Part shown: piece by piece, positions 1 to 12,500 of the stretch
Layout: each line of letters begins with the position of its first letter
Position numbering within the stretch: the stretch's first letter is position 1
Assembly (NCBI GenBank): GCA_951804945.1
Contig: OX638156.1
Span: 37,758,001-37,822,000, forward strand
DNA length: 64,000 nt
DNA from: Podarcis cretensis
Taxonomy: Eukaryota
Reading direction: 5' to 3'
Made by a program: the position numbers and the translations under genes
Notes under the pieces: generated by a model
Databases searched by the model: none
The model's input: the letters and a program-made list of their open reading frames with translations, nothing else
Told to the model about the DNA's origin: nothing

Positions 1-599
1 ACCTGCTAGCCGCTTTTGGACTAAAAGGAAACGAGAAGCAACTTCTGTGAAGATCCATTTGATCGTCACCTGAAAGGGATTCTGACTATAGGCAATAGGC
101 AAGTGGCTCTTTACAAGCCAGGTTTATCAGACTTTGCTGATAGTTTCATCAACAGTTTATTTGTTTGACTCTCATGGTAAGCCATGCTCAAGGTGGCTCC
201 AACTTCAGAAAAATTTATACAATAAAATACAGCAAAGTAACTCACAAACAATTACAAGACATAACAAAATTTCTGTAATCATACAAATAAGGGTAAGGAA
301 AACATCGTATAAATATGAATGCAGATTAAACAACACATTCATAGCAAGGCCAACAATATAAATACAAAAGCTTAACCCAAAAGGGAGTAACAATAATGTA
401 TCTTCTCCAAATCAAAATGTTGCCCCAAGAACAAATACTCAACAAGAACTTGCCCTGATGAACTTTTCCTGAATCACAGGGGGAGCAAAATGCAGCCACT
501 TCTCCATCCTTTATGCTCTGCTGTTTTCAAGAGATTGCTTTGTGCAAGGCTGCCCCTCTCAGCATATCCAACCGATTTTGCCTCCTTATTAGCACAGAA

Positions 600-765
600 G
601 CCTAGGAAGCTATCAGACCATTGGCCCATCAGCTCAGTATTGTCAACACTGACTGGCTGTTGCTCTCCAGGATTTCAAGAAGGGGCTGTTGTGAGTCCTA
701 TGTGGAAATGCCTCTAGAAGTTGAACCAGGGACCTTCTGCTTGTGAAATAGATGCTCTAACCACA
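600..765 (-). mobile_element. tRNA-derived SINE, same family as 45642-45822
   Basis: Reverse complement of the same body (gaccattggcccatc..agctcagtattgtc.acactgactggc). Confidence 0.55.
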
Positions 766-1611
766 GAACCTCCAAAACATTGCTCCCTAACACCCCAGCA
801 AGCTGCTGCAGTAACGTGACTGTGAAGCTGAACAGCAGAGCAAGAACCCTGGATTAAAATCTCACATCTGCTATGAACTCACTTGGTGGCTTTAGGCTAT
901 GGAAGCTTAAACAAAAAGCAGCCAGGAAGGGGCATATACTGGAGGTGGGACCCACCACCACCTAAACCCACCACCACCTAACACCACTCCCCCTTCCTTC
1001 CCTGCAATCTCAGTGAAGGTCCGTCTCATATTGCTACAACACTTTTCCTCAAATTAAATCGCAGTGTCCAAGATTGCCATTGGAATGAGGGAGTGGGAAA
1101 GTAAACCCAACCACCCCTCCCTGATACTACCCATCTGATTGGTGGAGAAGAGAGGGCAGCCGTGCTACTTCCACCACTCCCCATTGCTCTAATGCTCCTG
1201 CCAATCAGGAATGCAACAGATCTCTTCAGCCAAAGGAGGAGGGGAGGAACTTGGAGAAGGGGGTCAGGCTAGATGGAAAGGCAACCTATGGCTCCCTATC
1301 CCTGCTTCAGGCAAATGGCTCTTAACCAGTTTCAATGTCCCATTCCACCACCCCCGCTGCATTAATAAAATAGTGCTGACCTGCTTCACAGAGCTGTTCC
1401 TTTAATATTTACATAACAAAATATTAAATGCTTCAAAAATTGCAACACATTCCTCATCATTACTGTGCTAAAAAGTAACAACTGAGTGTTTGAATCATGC
1501 CTAAACAGTCTTTAGTCTCTGTTTGATCCTACTCTGTCCCACTAAGTCCTTAGAAGCTCTTGCAATTTGTTTTTGTACAAGCTTCAGGTGACAGACTCCG
1601 CTAACCCAGAA

Positions 1612-1767
1612 ATAGTACCTCGTGTTAACAATTTTGCTTCAGGATGAGAACAGAAAAGTGTGGTGGCGGCGCGCCAGGCCCCATTAGCTAAAGTTGTACC
1701 TCAGGTTAAGAACAGTTTCAGGTTAAGAATGAAACTCCAGAATGAATTAAGTTCTTAACCCAAGGTA
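1612..1767. mobile_element. Older related Tigger-like MITE remnant, interrupted by the 1768-2254 element
   Basis: gtacctc...ttaagaac subrepeats and a terminal ...ttcttaacccaaggTA sequence running into the insertion. Confidence 0.6.
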
Positions 1768-2254
1768 CAGGGGTACCTTGCTTCTCAAACTTAATCCGTT
1801 CCAGAAGTCCATTCAAAAACCAAGGCACACTTTCCCATAGAAAGTAATGCAAAATGGATTAATCCATTCCAGACTTTTAAAAACAACCCCTAAAACAGCA
1901 ATTTAACATGAATTTTACTATCTAACAAGACCATTGATCCATATAATGAAAGCAATAAACAATGTACTACAGTCACACAATCAATCAATTAGTAGTTGAA
2001 CTGGGTTTCACACAGTCCCAAAAACAAAACAAAAAAGTCCCAAAAACAAAAACGCAAAATAGCAAAAACAGGCAGACCTCAGCGTAACACTCAAAGTGGA
2101 AGTGTGGCATTCAAATCAGAAGCGTAACACTCAAAACAGAGCACGTTTGGCTTCCGAAAAAGGTTTGCAAACCAGAACACTTACTTCCAGGTTTGCAGTG
2201 TTTGGGTTCCAAGTTGTTTAAGTACCAAGGCGTTTGAGAACCAAGGTACCACTG
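1768..2254. mobile_element. Non-autonomous Tc1/mariner (Tigger/pogo-like) MITE
   Basis: 23-bp TIRs caggggtaccttgcttctcaaac / gtttgagaaccaaggtaccactg with 2 mismatches; TA on both sides. Confidence 0.85.
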
Positions 2255-2380
2255 TACTACAGACTGTTGAAAAAGGTCTGTCTCCCAGAAGCCAAGGATG
2301 TTCGGGCCCCATTTCACTAGAGGTAAAATATCCTACGGCAACAGATAAGCTACCTGTGGCTAGATAGGAAAAAGTGAATA

Positions 2381-3287
2381 CAGTGGTGCCCCGCAAGACG
2401 AATGCCTCGCTAAACGAAAAACCCGCAAGACGAAAGGGTTTTCCGATTTTTTAGCGGCTTCGCAAGACGAATTTCCCTATGGGCTTGCTTCGCAAGACGA
2501 AAGCCCATAGGGAAATCTCCGGGGACAGCGGGGAAGCGCAGCACCTGTCCTGAAGGCTTGCGGTGGGAGGTCCGGGAACAGAGGAGAAGGCGCGCAGCGA
2601 TTCTCCTCTGTTCCCGGGGCTTGCGGTGGGAGGAGGGTTTTTCCTCCCCACCGCCAACCTTCAGAACAGCCTTCTGAATGTTGGCGGTGGGGAGGAAAGC
2701 CCTCCTCCCACCACAAGCCTTCAGGACAGGTCCGGGAAAAGAGGAGAAGGCGCGCAGCGATTCTCCTCTGTTCCCGGGGCTTGCGGTGGGAGGAAGGTTT
2801 CCTCCCCACCGCCAACATTCAGAAGGCTGTTCTGAAGGCTGGTGGTGGGAAGAAAAGCCCTTCTCCCGCCTCCAGCCGAGTTCCCCGCAGGGCTCCCCAA
2901 GCTGTGAATGTCTGCCCCGCGCGAGGGGCGCTCTGCTTAAGAGCGCCCCTCGTGCGGGGCAGCAGGCTGCTATCCGCAGCCTAGGCAGCCCTGCAGGAAC
3001 TCTTCTGAAGGCTGGCGGCGGGAGAAGGGCTTTTCTTCCCACCGCCAGCCTTCAGAAGGCTGTTCTGAAGGCTGGCGGTGGGGAGAAAAGTCCTTCTCCC
3101 CCCGCCAGCCTTCAGAAGAGGTCCGGGGACAGACTGTCCCCGGATCTGGTCTGAAGGCGGTCTCCCTAGGAACGCATTAATTGATTTTCAATGCATTCCT
3201 ATGGGAAACCGTGCTTCACAAGACGAAAAACTCGCAAGAAGAAAAAACTTGCGGAACGAATTAATTTCGTCTTGCGAGGCACCACTG
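2381..3287. mobile_element. Tigger/pogo-like MITE carrying a GC-rich palindromic minisatellite
   Basis: 22-bp TIRs cagtggtgccccgcaagacgaa / ttcgtcttgcgaggcaccactg with 1 mismatch; TA TSD at 2379-2380 and 3288-3289. Confidence 0.9.
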
Positions 3288-3427
3288 TATGGATAACTTC
3301 CAACAATCTCTCATGTGGAGGAGTTTCAGGTAGAGCAGGCTTTGAGGGATTGATCGGTATTGTAACGGTAGTCTGAGCTCTCCTACTACCTCTCTCTTCA
3401 GCAATTCCCCAATCAACAGTCAAATAC

Positions 3428-3557
3428 CTTCAGGGTCTTCAGGTTTCCGAACCTTCTCCCATTCTTCCTGCCTTCGCTTGCGCCGTTCTTCTATCTCCGC
3501 TTCAGACACAAACCTTTTGTTAATCACGAGGTCGGCACTACCTTCTCCTCCATCCAT
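3428..3557 (-). CDS. PSME3IP1: PSME3-interacting protein 1 (FAM192A/NIP30), first coding exon; gene continues off the left edge
   Basis: Translates [43 protein letters not shown], matching the FAM192A N-terminus. Acceptor ttctctgcacag| with exon start at 3568; donor GAAG|gtattt after 3428. Confidence 0.95.
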
Positions 3558-6037
3558 TGTGGAGCAGCCTGTGCAGAGAAGAGAGTTAGGAGCAGGACAG
3601 TGTCTATTCCCTACATATAGAGACACACTGAACTCTCTGGCATAGAACTGGCCATGCAGTGCACTGCCATGCAAATAATTCTTAACCCAATCCACGCATA
3701 TAGGAAACCAGTTTTCAGGTAGAAGGCTAGGCTAGATCTCCTTGACACACAGTTTTCTAGAGGGAGGTACATTTCACACAGAAGTATTCAGTAAGGTAAA
3801 TTCCCAACCTGCAATGGTGCAGTCTAAATACACTGTGTGTAGACCATCTCAGTGAGAAATAAATTAGAGTCAGAAGCATGCCTACAATATCCCTGCCTAC
3901 ATCTACTATGCTGTACCACCGCTAATTCCCCCTACCTCAGAAGACCAGAGGCAAAGCACAATGAATTGCAGGAAGGAGGCAGTTTATGCCCTATAGCAAG
4001 CACTAAAGTGGTACTGTCTCCTACTTGGACTTGACATGTGGAGCATTTGCCACAAATGGATTGTGGAAGAAGTGACCCCACAATGCTGCTAAGTTTCCAG
4101 ACATCTGCTGCCTTTAATAGATATGGAAAAGAGAATGTGTCCTGGGGGAAGTTTTGTAGAGTACCTGATAGATTCCCTCTCTGTTCTATGGACTGAAATG
4201 TTAAATTCAGTCTCCCACTTTCCCCATTAATCAGAAACAGGAGTTCCTTCTTAACAGAAAAGTCAGGGCTATCACCTGTAAAATTCCACCATTTGCTGTA
4301 CACAGCAACAAAACAGGACGACATGTTTGTCAAAAACAGATATCATTTAGTCTCTTACAGGGTCTGCATAGTAGCCATCTCCATGCCATTTTTTTTATGC
4401 ATATTATATGAATTGCATTAAAAAGCCTTGCAATATAAGACTAAAGTCATATCTAGTCCAGCATCCCATCGTCCACAATGGCCAACACGACGATGGCCTC
4501 TGGAAAGTCAATAAGCAGGATATTGGAACAAATGCTATCTCCTGCTGTTGCTCCCCAGTAACCGTTGAGAGACACACCCATCACAAATCTTGGCAGCAGT
4601 ATATAGTCATGACTTGTTGTTATTGACAAACCTCATGTTTTCTACTGAATTGTCTAATCCCCTTTTTAAAAAGTGGCCTTCACCTCTCACTTTCATGAGT
4701 AGCAATAGAATTTTATTCTCCATTATGCAAAAATGGAAGCTGAGCTAAATTACACATATATTGAACAAAACAGCACTGCTTACATCATTTATTTTTCAGT
4801 GCAGAATTTATTTTATCTTACATAGACCTTGGAGTTTCAGCAATGGATCTGCAGGTGTTGCACACAGGATAAAACAGCTTTGTAATGAAAGGAAGAAGCT
4901 GAGCCAGCATGCAGTTTTTAATGTCAGGATGCAGCTGCTCTGAGCAAGCAGGTGACTCCAATCATGAATTAAGTCAACCAGTGCTTGCACCTGAGAAAAG
5001 GCTGGCCTATTGTCTCCTTACAGATCCCTCAGCTAGAATACCTCTCATCAATGTGAATTATTTCATTCAGATTCCTTCACACTTAAAAAGGTTCCTCCAG
5101 TTAGAAAAAAAAGACTGCAATGAGTGCAATTACTTGCCCCCTTACCGTTTACAACCTGAGGAAGGTACAGATGTCACAACCGTTCCCTCTTAAACAAACA
5201 AGGTGCCTCACATATATAACACTCCTTGCTTGCAAGCTTTAAAAACCTTTTTATATCAATCTGCTTTTAACTGAAATTAGAAGCTGGATTTTAAACTACT
5301 CCCCATCTGAAATAGTAATATGACTTTTTACAGGAGTGCAAAAGGCTTTAAAGTTAAATCCTGTTTTTAAGTTGAAAATAACTGCAGATGTTGCTTCTTA
5401 AATGCATATCCCATTAACTAGAGGCCACCTTGAGAAAACTTATTTTTAAAGAAATTTTATATATTGCTTTAAATAAATTTTTAAAGTACGGTCGTAGCTT
5501 TAATAAACAATGGCATTGCTATCAACAGCATTTCATCGGTATTATATCAATAATATTCATCCTCATTGTGTGGGTCCAGACATTCGATTTTAAGAAAACT
5601 GTAAGGACGAGGGTCCATCCATAAGTTGCTTTTAAATTGTGTTTTAACGCTGTAACCCGCCTTGTGGCCTAAGGGTGAGTGGCGGGCAATAAATAAATAA
5701 CAGCACTACTACTATTACTACTACTAGGATAGAATATCTTGTTAATAACTTATTTTAATTATCATTCATTATTAATAAATAATTTCGCTATTCCAGTTAC
5801 CATCCCCGCACTCCCCCCAGTCTCAACGGCCTCCTAGAGCCGGAGGGCGGCCCGCGACACCCACCTCTCCGCCATGGACCCCTCCAGCGGGGCCTTCCTT
5901 CCTCTTCCTCCCGAGCCCACCTTTGTGGACGGAGTCCCGGCCGCACCAATGACAGCCCCGCCCCCTTTACCCCCACGGTCTCCCCGCCTCTTCCGCCTCC
6001 GAGTCACCCAATCGGACGCCGCGTTCCTTTTCCTCAC

Positions 6038-6110
6038 CCATCGATCCAGCCAACCGAGGCTTCCGTCGCAAACAAACCAGCGAGTCCTGAAAGCGGCGAC
6101 TGCGACTGGG
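6038..6110 (-). other. PSME3IP1: Probable non-coding exon 1 of PSME3IP1
   Basis: Minus-strand donor TGG|gtgagg at 6037-6032 inside the CpG island. The 5' end is not determinable. Confidence 0.5.
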
Positions 6111-6339
6111 TTGGTTAAAAAAATAATAGGGGTGGGAAGGGACAGGCGGGCGCTTAGGATTGGCCAGTCTCCCTTCCGAGCGGCGTGGGCGGAGCTTCGC
6201 TTCTAGCAATTTGAGAATGGGCCGCGTGAGTGGAAAGCGACGAAGAGGAGGGGGCGTGGCTAGTTGCCTTGGGGATACGGAGCGAGGAGCGGCGGCGGCC
6301 TGGCGGGGAGGTGGGCGGAGCCGCGGCGCGCTCGCTCAC

Positions 6340-6541
6340 GGAACGGGGAGGGTCCGCGGAGGCCTCTTGCTCCGCCGCCGCCGCCGCTGCCGCCGCCTTT
6401 CCTTCCCGCCGCTGGCTGAGGAGAAATAGGCGCGCGGTGGCACAAAGAGGCCGCCCCGCCACTGCCCGCCGCCAGCACGGCGCTTCTTCTCTGGCCTTGA
6501 CGGGCTGAATGGAAGGCGGCAGCCAGCGTGGAGCGGCTGAG
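6340..6541 (+). other. RSPRY1: RSPRY1 non-coding exon 1 (start approximate)
   Basis: Strong donor GAG|gtgagt at 6541/6542; GCC-rich 5'UTR. Confidence 0.75.
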
Positions 6542-9500
6542 GTGAGTTGAGAGGAGGGGCGCCTGGCGGGGCAGGAGAGGCAGGGGAGGGGGCCGGGGGA
6601 GGAAGTGGAGGGGCGGGGGGAGGGCAGGGCCTGATCCTGATCTTGAAGTAGGAGCGAAGAAAGGGCCCTGCGGGTGGATGGGCGAGTGGGGAGAAGCCCA
6701 GCGCACAGGGGGATGATAAATTCTCTTAATTTTTAATAGTGTCTTAACGCTGTAACCCGCCCCAAGCTTTAATTCATTAATTGTGACAATGATGAAAGTC
6801 CTGGCAGTGGGGCTGAGGGTGGGAAGGAGCCTGCATGTGTACAATGCCTTTGTGCGTGTGTGATCTATTCAATCTCTCTCTCTCTCTCTATGATAAGAAA
6901 TGTGCATAACTGATCCACACATATGTACGTATGCATATACATATATACACAGGTGATAGTGACACAAGTGTGTGTATACATATACATATGCATGGTCTTA
7001 CATCATTTTAGTATCTAATACATGGCTTGCATTATGGGTGGCTAGCCCTCAGATTGGGGGCCTGATCTGCTCTCCCCACCACCACCACACTCAGCAGTTT
7101 TTTCTCTCCCTTCCCTCCCCACAAGATTTTGCTAATTTGGGTGGTGACAGCAAAAAGAAAATTGGAACTAAAGTAGATGCAGCACTAAAGTTGGTTGAGC
7201 CTGGTGTGCCTGCAAGTCCTCAGAGTTTTCCTTAGATGTCAGATTGATGGGTGTAGAAATGGACAGTTGTTTGGTATGGATTACCTGAGGTGTGGCTGTG
7301 TGTGTGAAGAGTGCACACACTTAAAAGAGTGTGGGGTGGCCACACCCACCACTGCCATGCAGCCCTCAGAGGGTTGGCCGAGGGTGAATGTGGCCCTCAG
7401 TCCAAGAAAGTTGAGCCACATCTGACTTCCATGATAACCCACATGCATGCAATTAATACACAGTATTGTTGTTATTGCTTACATTAGCATAACAGCTTTC
7501 TGAAGGGTAGTGGTGTTGGACCGTTGCAGAAAGAAAAGAGCCTTGTGGTACCTTTAAAGACTAACAAATAGTGTTGCTGCAGCACAGTGCTACCCTCTAA
7601 GGTGTCATTTGCGATGATAACGGTAATCATAATTATGTCATTAATAACAGTGACGAAAGCTACTCTTTTAAGTGCAGCTCTTCAGGGCACTTTGCATGCA
7701 TTTCTCTCAGTAGGCAGGTAGCATTTGACAGCTCAGAGACCTCCAGGATAGCAGCCCAGAAGGTTAGAAATGCTGGCATTGACACAGCTGTTATTTAACA
7801 GCACCCAGATAAATGTTTTGAGGGAGGGCGAGTCCCCTTTCAAAGAATGCATTGAAATTTGGTCTTTGGGGGGCAGGGTATAACACACAGGGTAAAATAT
7901 CTCTTACAAATATACTCCCTTCTGTTAAATATGGCTTTCTATTGCATACACATTCATACTCTTTATCCTAGCACATTTACCTGGGTTCTGCTTCATAGTA
8001 GCAGTGTTAATACTAGCATTTCTTGCCTCTGGGTTGCTGTGGTATAGGATTGTGAGCTGCCCAGTTTCCTCCTTGTGAAGGACTGCCTACTTTGCTTTGC
8101 TAAGAAAAAATTATGTGAAGTGGTTTGAATGCTCTAAAGCATTAAAGTAGCAGCATTGTAATGATGTAGCTATGGACATTGGTGCTGCTTATTTAGGCAA
8201 TGATAATGGTCTTTGTCCTTTTTGTGCCTGAGGTTTAAGAAACCAGAATCTTTGAATGTGTAGTATCTGCCATGGGAGGGTATGAAGCAATGTCTTCCAG
8301 CACGATGTAGCTGCGGCTTACCCTTTGCTAGTTCAGCACACCTGCTTACTTCTCCTTTCATGCATGTGGAAGAAGCAAACCATGAACCCAGGCTGCATGG
8401 TTTGTTTCACTCACAGCAAATCGCCATCTGTAGCCAAGGTTTGTTCTTGGCTTGCTTGGTATGTTTTGTTGGAGCAAAGTAAATCACAGTGATAACTGTT
8501 TTTTTATGTAATACTAAACCAGGGATCATGGTATAGTTCCTCTGCATGCTGGCAGGAAGAAGATAAACAACATTCCACATGGACCTGCTCTTTATTATGG
8601 TCGGTGAGCTGGGCCAAGCTTAAATCTGTGGTGATTACAATTTTCTTCTCAGTTTCTTCCTCCAGTATGAAACAATACTAAGCTCACTTTCACCACTCCT
8701 CTGTCCTAGTGATAGGTGCAGCTAAATGAGTGAGGCTGATTGTTGCTCCTCAAGGAATAACTACTCCGGCGACTTTTCTGTTGCCAAACATAATAGTGTG
8801 TTGAGTACGGAGGGGGAAATAGCTTGACTTTTACTAGCCCTTAACCCTCTTTGCTAATATTGATTTGTTTGTTTGTTCACTTGCTGAGCTGTATTTTTAA
8901 AGTTTTAATTATGGTTTTAAATTTGTTGCATTCTTTTGGAAGTGCTTTAAAATAGAGGGTTTTGTTTGTAATCATGTTGAATGGTGACTTTAAATTTGAA
9001 TGAATGAATACATGGATTGGTAACATAGTGTGTAACAAGGATGGGAGAGTATGTGGTCCTCCAACCATTTGCCTTGCTGGCTAGAGCTGATGGGTGTTGG
9101 CAGCCACCATAATCTGGAGGGCCACAGGTTCCCTATCCCTGCTATATAATCTTGAATACGTCTTGTCTAGAAATGAGATTTCCTTAGAGTTTAAAATAGT
9201 AGGTTGGAGACCTGGGGATGTACTGGCGATGAGTAAGAGATTCCTGGGGACTAGGGCAAACTTGAAATGAAATGAGGAATGGCATATGAGAAAGCCTGAG
9301 GACAAGAATCTTCCTGTGGAGATAAGATGGTACTGGTAAGCTATGTGGAGGTTGTCTGCTAAAATAGGGATGAGGGAGGACGACAGGCACTTCAGGTTGG
9401 AGTGAGTGTTCTGCTGTGTGATGAGCCAGGCAGTTTCTAGGGGAGACTAGCAGCTGATTTCCTCTTGCTTTTAAGATTAGTAATTCCCAAATTGTATGTG

Positions 9501-12500
9501 TTCTTTCATAATTATAGAAACCTTTTTGAGAGCCCAGAGTGCCCGCCCACAGAAGGCAGTCTGCATGATCCATTGAAGGGAGGCCTCTGGCTTTCTTTTT
9601 TCCACCTTCTATGGAGGTGGGTAATTCTGCCTTGTCTTTGTTTGGATCATTCAGCCATTTCTGACGCTACAGAATTATCTACCTCCAAGGATTGCAGGAA
9701 GAGGTTGCCTGTTGCATCCCTCCACCAGTCAGTGCCCTGGGTTTTCCGCCTGACAAAAAGCAAGCCCAGAGGCACAATTCTTGCAGGAATATGCTGGGCT
9801 ACAGGTAGTGTAATTCTTACTCTTGCACGCTCTAAACTTTTTGAAGTTTGACGAAGTGCGTTTCTTCATTTTAAACTCAGTAAAAAAATGTACTTCTATC
9901 ATCAAGAGTTTAGAAATTCATACTTTAGATGCGCAAGGCTATTTCTGAGGGAGATTAGTGGCTGGCTGCCTAGATGGTAGGGGCAGAACTGTGTTCTGCT
10001 CCCACATTTTATGAGACGGAAGACATGCTGCTCAGAGTTTTGAATGGTGCCTCACTCTGCACATGATGCTAAGCTTCATGCTAAACCATGGCTTTACATC
10101 AATGCATGGGTTCCCAGGGTGCTCTGCCTCTAGTGCTACTGTGAGCTAAGCCATGTTTTGGCTTGGCAAGTCATCTGAACTGGGATGGTGGTTTGTCTTA
10201 TTCCAAACAAAATAGTTGAGTGAGATTTGTTCTTAGTTTATCTAGAGCCTGCCTTCTGCCCCTCACGTTGGGTGTCCTGTTCCTTGTACGCAGGAACCCC
10301 CTCATTCAAGTGTGATGTGTGAACAGACTATGCAGAGAGACACTGCATCCTTCCTCATGGATTCTTCAACTATTCACATCCTTGCTCCAAACACACTTTT
10401 CACCTATAGTGATATATCATGGGAAAACATCATCTTTGTTAATTAGTCTGAGGGATGCTCTCTGCTGATGGTTATGAATAAAGTGGGGTGGGGTTGGTAG
10501 TACAGTGGGGAGAGTCCAGGATATAGGCGCAAATGAGCAATATTTGTATAAATAAGGTTTCCAGTCTGTATGCTCTTGAGTCACAGGAACAACTTTTTAG
10601 TCATGCCTGCTAGTTTGTGTGACTAAATCCAACACACAGTTTGGTTTGGTTATTTGACCAAGAATTTTTGTACAGTACTGTGGGGCAGAAGCGTTAGGGC
10701 TTCCCCTGCCATTACTTGAATAAATAAGAACTTAACAATTGCTCAGACAGAAGCATTTTTGCCATAGGGACTGGGTGGTCCATTGGCGTGGGCACAATTG
10801 ATCAGTATGCAAATAGATTCGTAACCCATGACGCTCACACTGTGTAGTTGGTTTTGTAGCCTGTGGAGCTACTACACCTTAAATGAATAGGGGGAAGGGT
10901 AGGAAATCCATCTTCCTGCCCCAACCAGGATTAGCATTGAACAAAGCTGTAGTGGTGAAGCTTGGCCTCCTTGGCTGCTGCCTGTACCTCGTGAGTCTAG
11001 CCTTTGCCCAAGTGAGTCAGTCACTTGGCTAGAACCTCTCGCTTACATTGAGGAGGCTATCACCTGAACTCTCTTTCCTGGTCTGTTTCAGCTCCTAGCA
11101 GTTGGTGCAGTGCAGGAGATTGTGTGCTCTACCCCTTTGTATCAGCTGCCGACATTGAGGATAAGTAAGGTAACTTATTTTTCACCAATGCATCGCTTCT
11201 TTCTAGTCAACTTTCCAGCACCATTCAGATACATAGAAGGGTGTGGTGACCCATAACAGACCAGTGCTTGGAGGCTAGATGTGGACCAGTAAATTGAAGG
11301 TGAATCCTGAGACGACAAAGATGTTGTGTGTTCTGAATTGCTGAGTCTAGGAGGTTGGAGATTATCTGTTCTGGATGCGGCTGCACTCCCCTGGAAGTAG
11401 CCGATTCATAGCTTGACGGTGCTCCTAGATCCACTACTGCCCCTGGAGGTTTAGGAAGCCTTGGTGACCTGAAGTGCCTTTTTTTCCAGCTATGGCCCCT
11501 TTTGGAGAGAGACGACCAGTGTACTCTACGCCCTGATACTGTTCAGACTGGACTATTGCATTGTGCTCTGTGTGTGGAATCCCTTGAAGACTATTTGCAA
11601 TACTTCCACTGGTCAGAAATGCAGGTCCAGAAGAGGGCTCTCTCTGTGGCAGGCCCTAAATTATGGAGTTTCCTCCCTGCAGAAATGTGTCTGGAATATT
11701 TATTGTACAGGTGAAGATTCACCTCTTAAACCAAAGTTTTAATTCTGCTTTGTGGGACCCACCTCTTTTGTTGAATTTATATCATTCTGCCCTGTTTTTT
11801 AAAAAATGGTTTTACTAGTTTTATAATTATAGCAATTTTATCCATTTTTATAATTGTATATTACCAGTATATTGTTTTAACTCTCCCTGAGACCTTATGG
11901 TGAAGACTAGGTAAGAAATTAAATCAATCAATTAATTAATTTCCCCACCTTTTCTTAAAAGTATGTCATATGATTGTGAACCAAACTTGAGAATTGGCTT
12001 CCATAGGAGATTTAATGAAATTATAATCTTCTAAACCTTTTAGCTCAGTTTCATGTTAATGTGTGCCTGGTAATGTGGAATGATTTGCATAAGAAAATTT
12101 TCTAATGCCCTAGACTAGAGATTGTAACTCTCTTGCTTATTTGACTTCATTTAGAAAACAAAGTTGAAGAAATAGCCAAGCTTTCTTTGCATTGTGTTTG
12201 CTGTACTTGTACTTCCCACTTCCAAGCCAAGCACTGCAGAAATATTTCTCCGTTTAAGAAACACCTCTGCAGTTATGACCTACACGTCAGCAAATCCTAA
12301 GTTTGGATTGTGGATAAAACTGATGTCAATCATACATGAAAAATGATTTGCAATGTTTGCTTACCATATGTGCCCCATTTCTAGGAAGTAGGATTTGAAG
12401 AGAGTAACCCCAAATATAATCTAAGATTTAGACTGCACCATTCTTGGTCATAAAGCAAATGAATAGTTGTTTTGTTAGTATGGCTAATTTTTGTTTTAAA

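Larger units (their letters stand above)
5810..6700. promoter_or_regulatory. CpG island / bidirectional promoter shared by PSME3IP1 (-) and RSPRY1 (+)
   Basis: GC- and CpG-rich. GC boxes at 6185-6195, 6251-6260 and 6311-6320, a CCAAT box (ATTGG, about 6159-6163), and splice donors pointing outward on both strands. Confidence 0.9.

Noticed and set aside
2548-3145. Hairpin repeats superficially like a CRISPR array
   Set aside because: Eukaryotic intron, no unique spacers, no cas genes, and enclosed by TIRs with a TA TSD.
2410-3296. Several overlapping 68-210 aa ORFs on both strands
   Set aside because: They lie inside a GC-rich repetitive MITE core. The peptides are repetitive, stop-poor by composition, and show no transposase motifs.
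3558-3695. N-terminal extension of the PSME3IP1 ORF in the ORF track
   Set aside because: Runs across the splice acceptor at 3568/3569 into intron and starts at a non-ATG codon.
5834-6844. ORFs of up to 194 aa in the CpG island
   Set aside because: Low-complexity Ala/Pro/Arg/Gly frames expected from the GC content, with no recognisable homology.
9180-9480. Possible coding fragment (129-aa minus ORF); similar sequence at 40020-40270 and 11225-11750
   Set aside because: Resembles decayed LINE (L2-like) sequence. Boundaries and family cannot be fixed by eye, so it is not listed as a feature.
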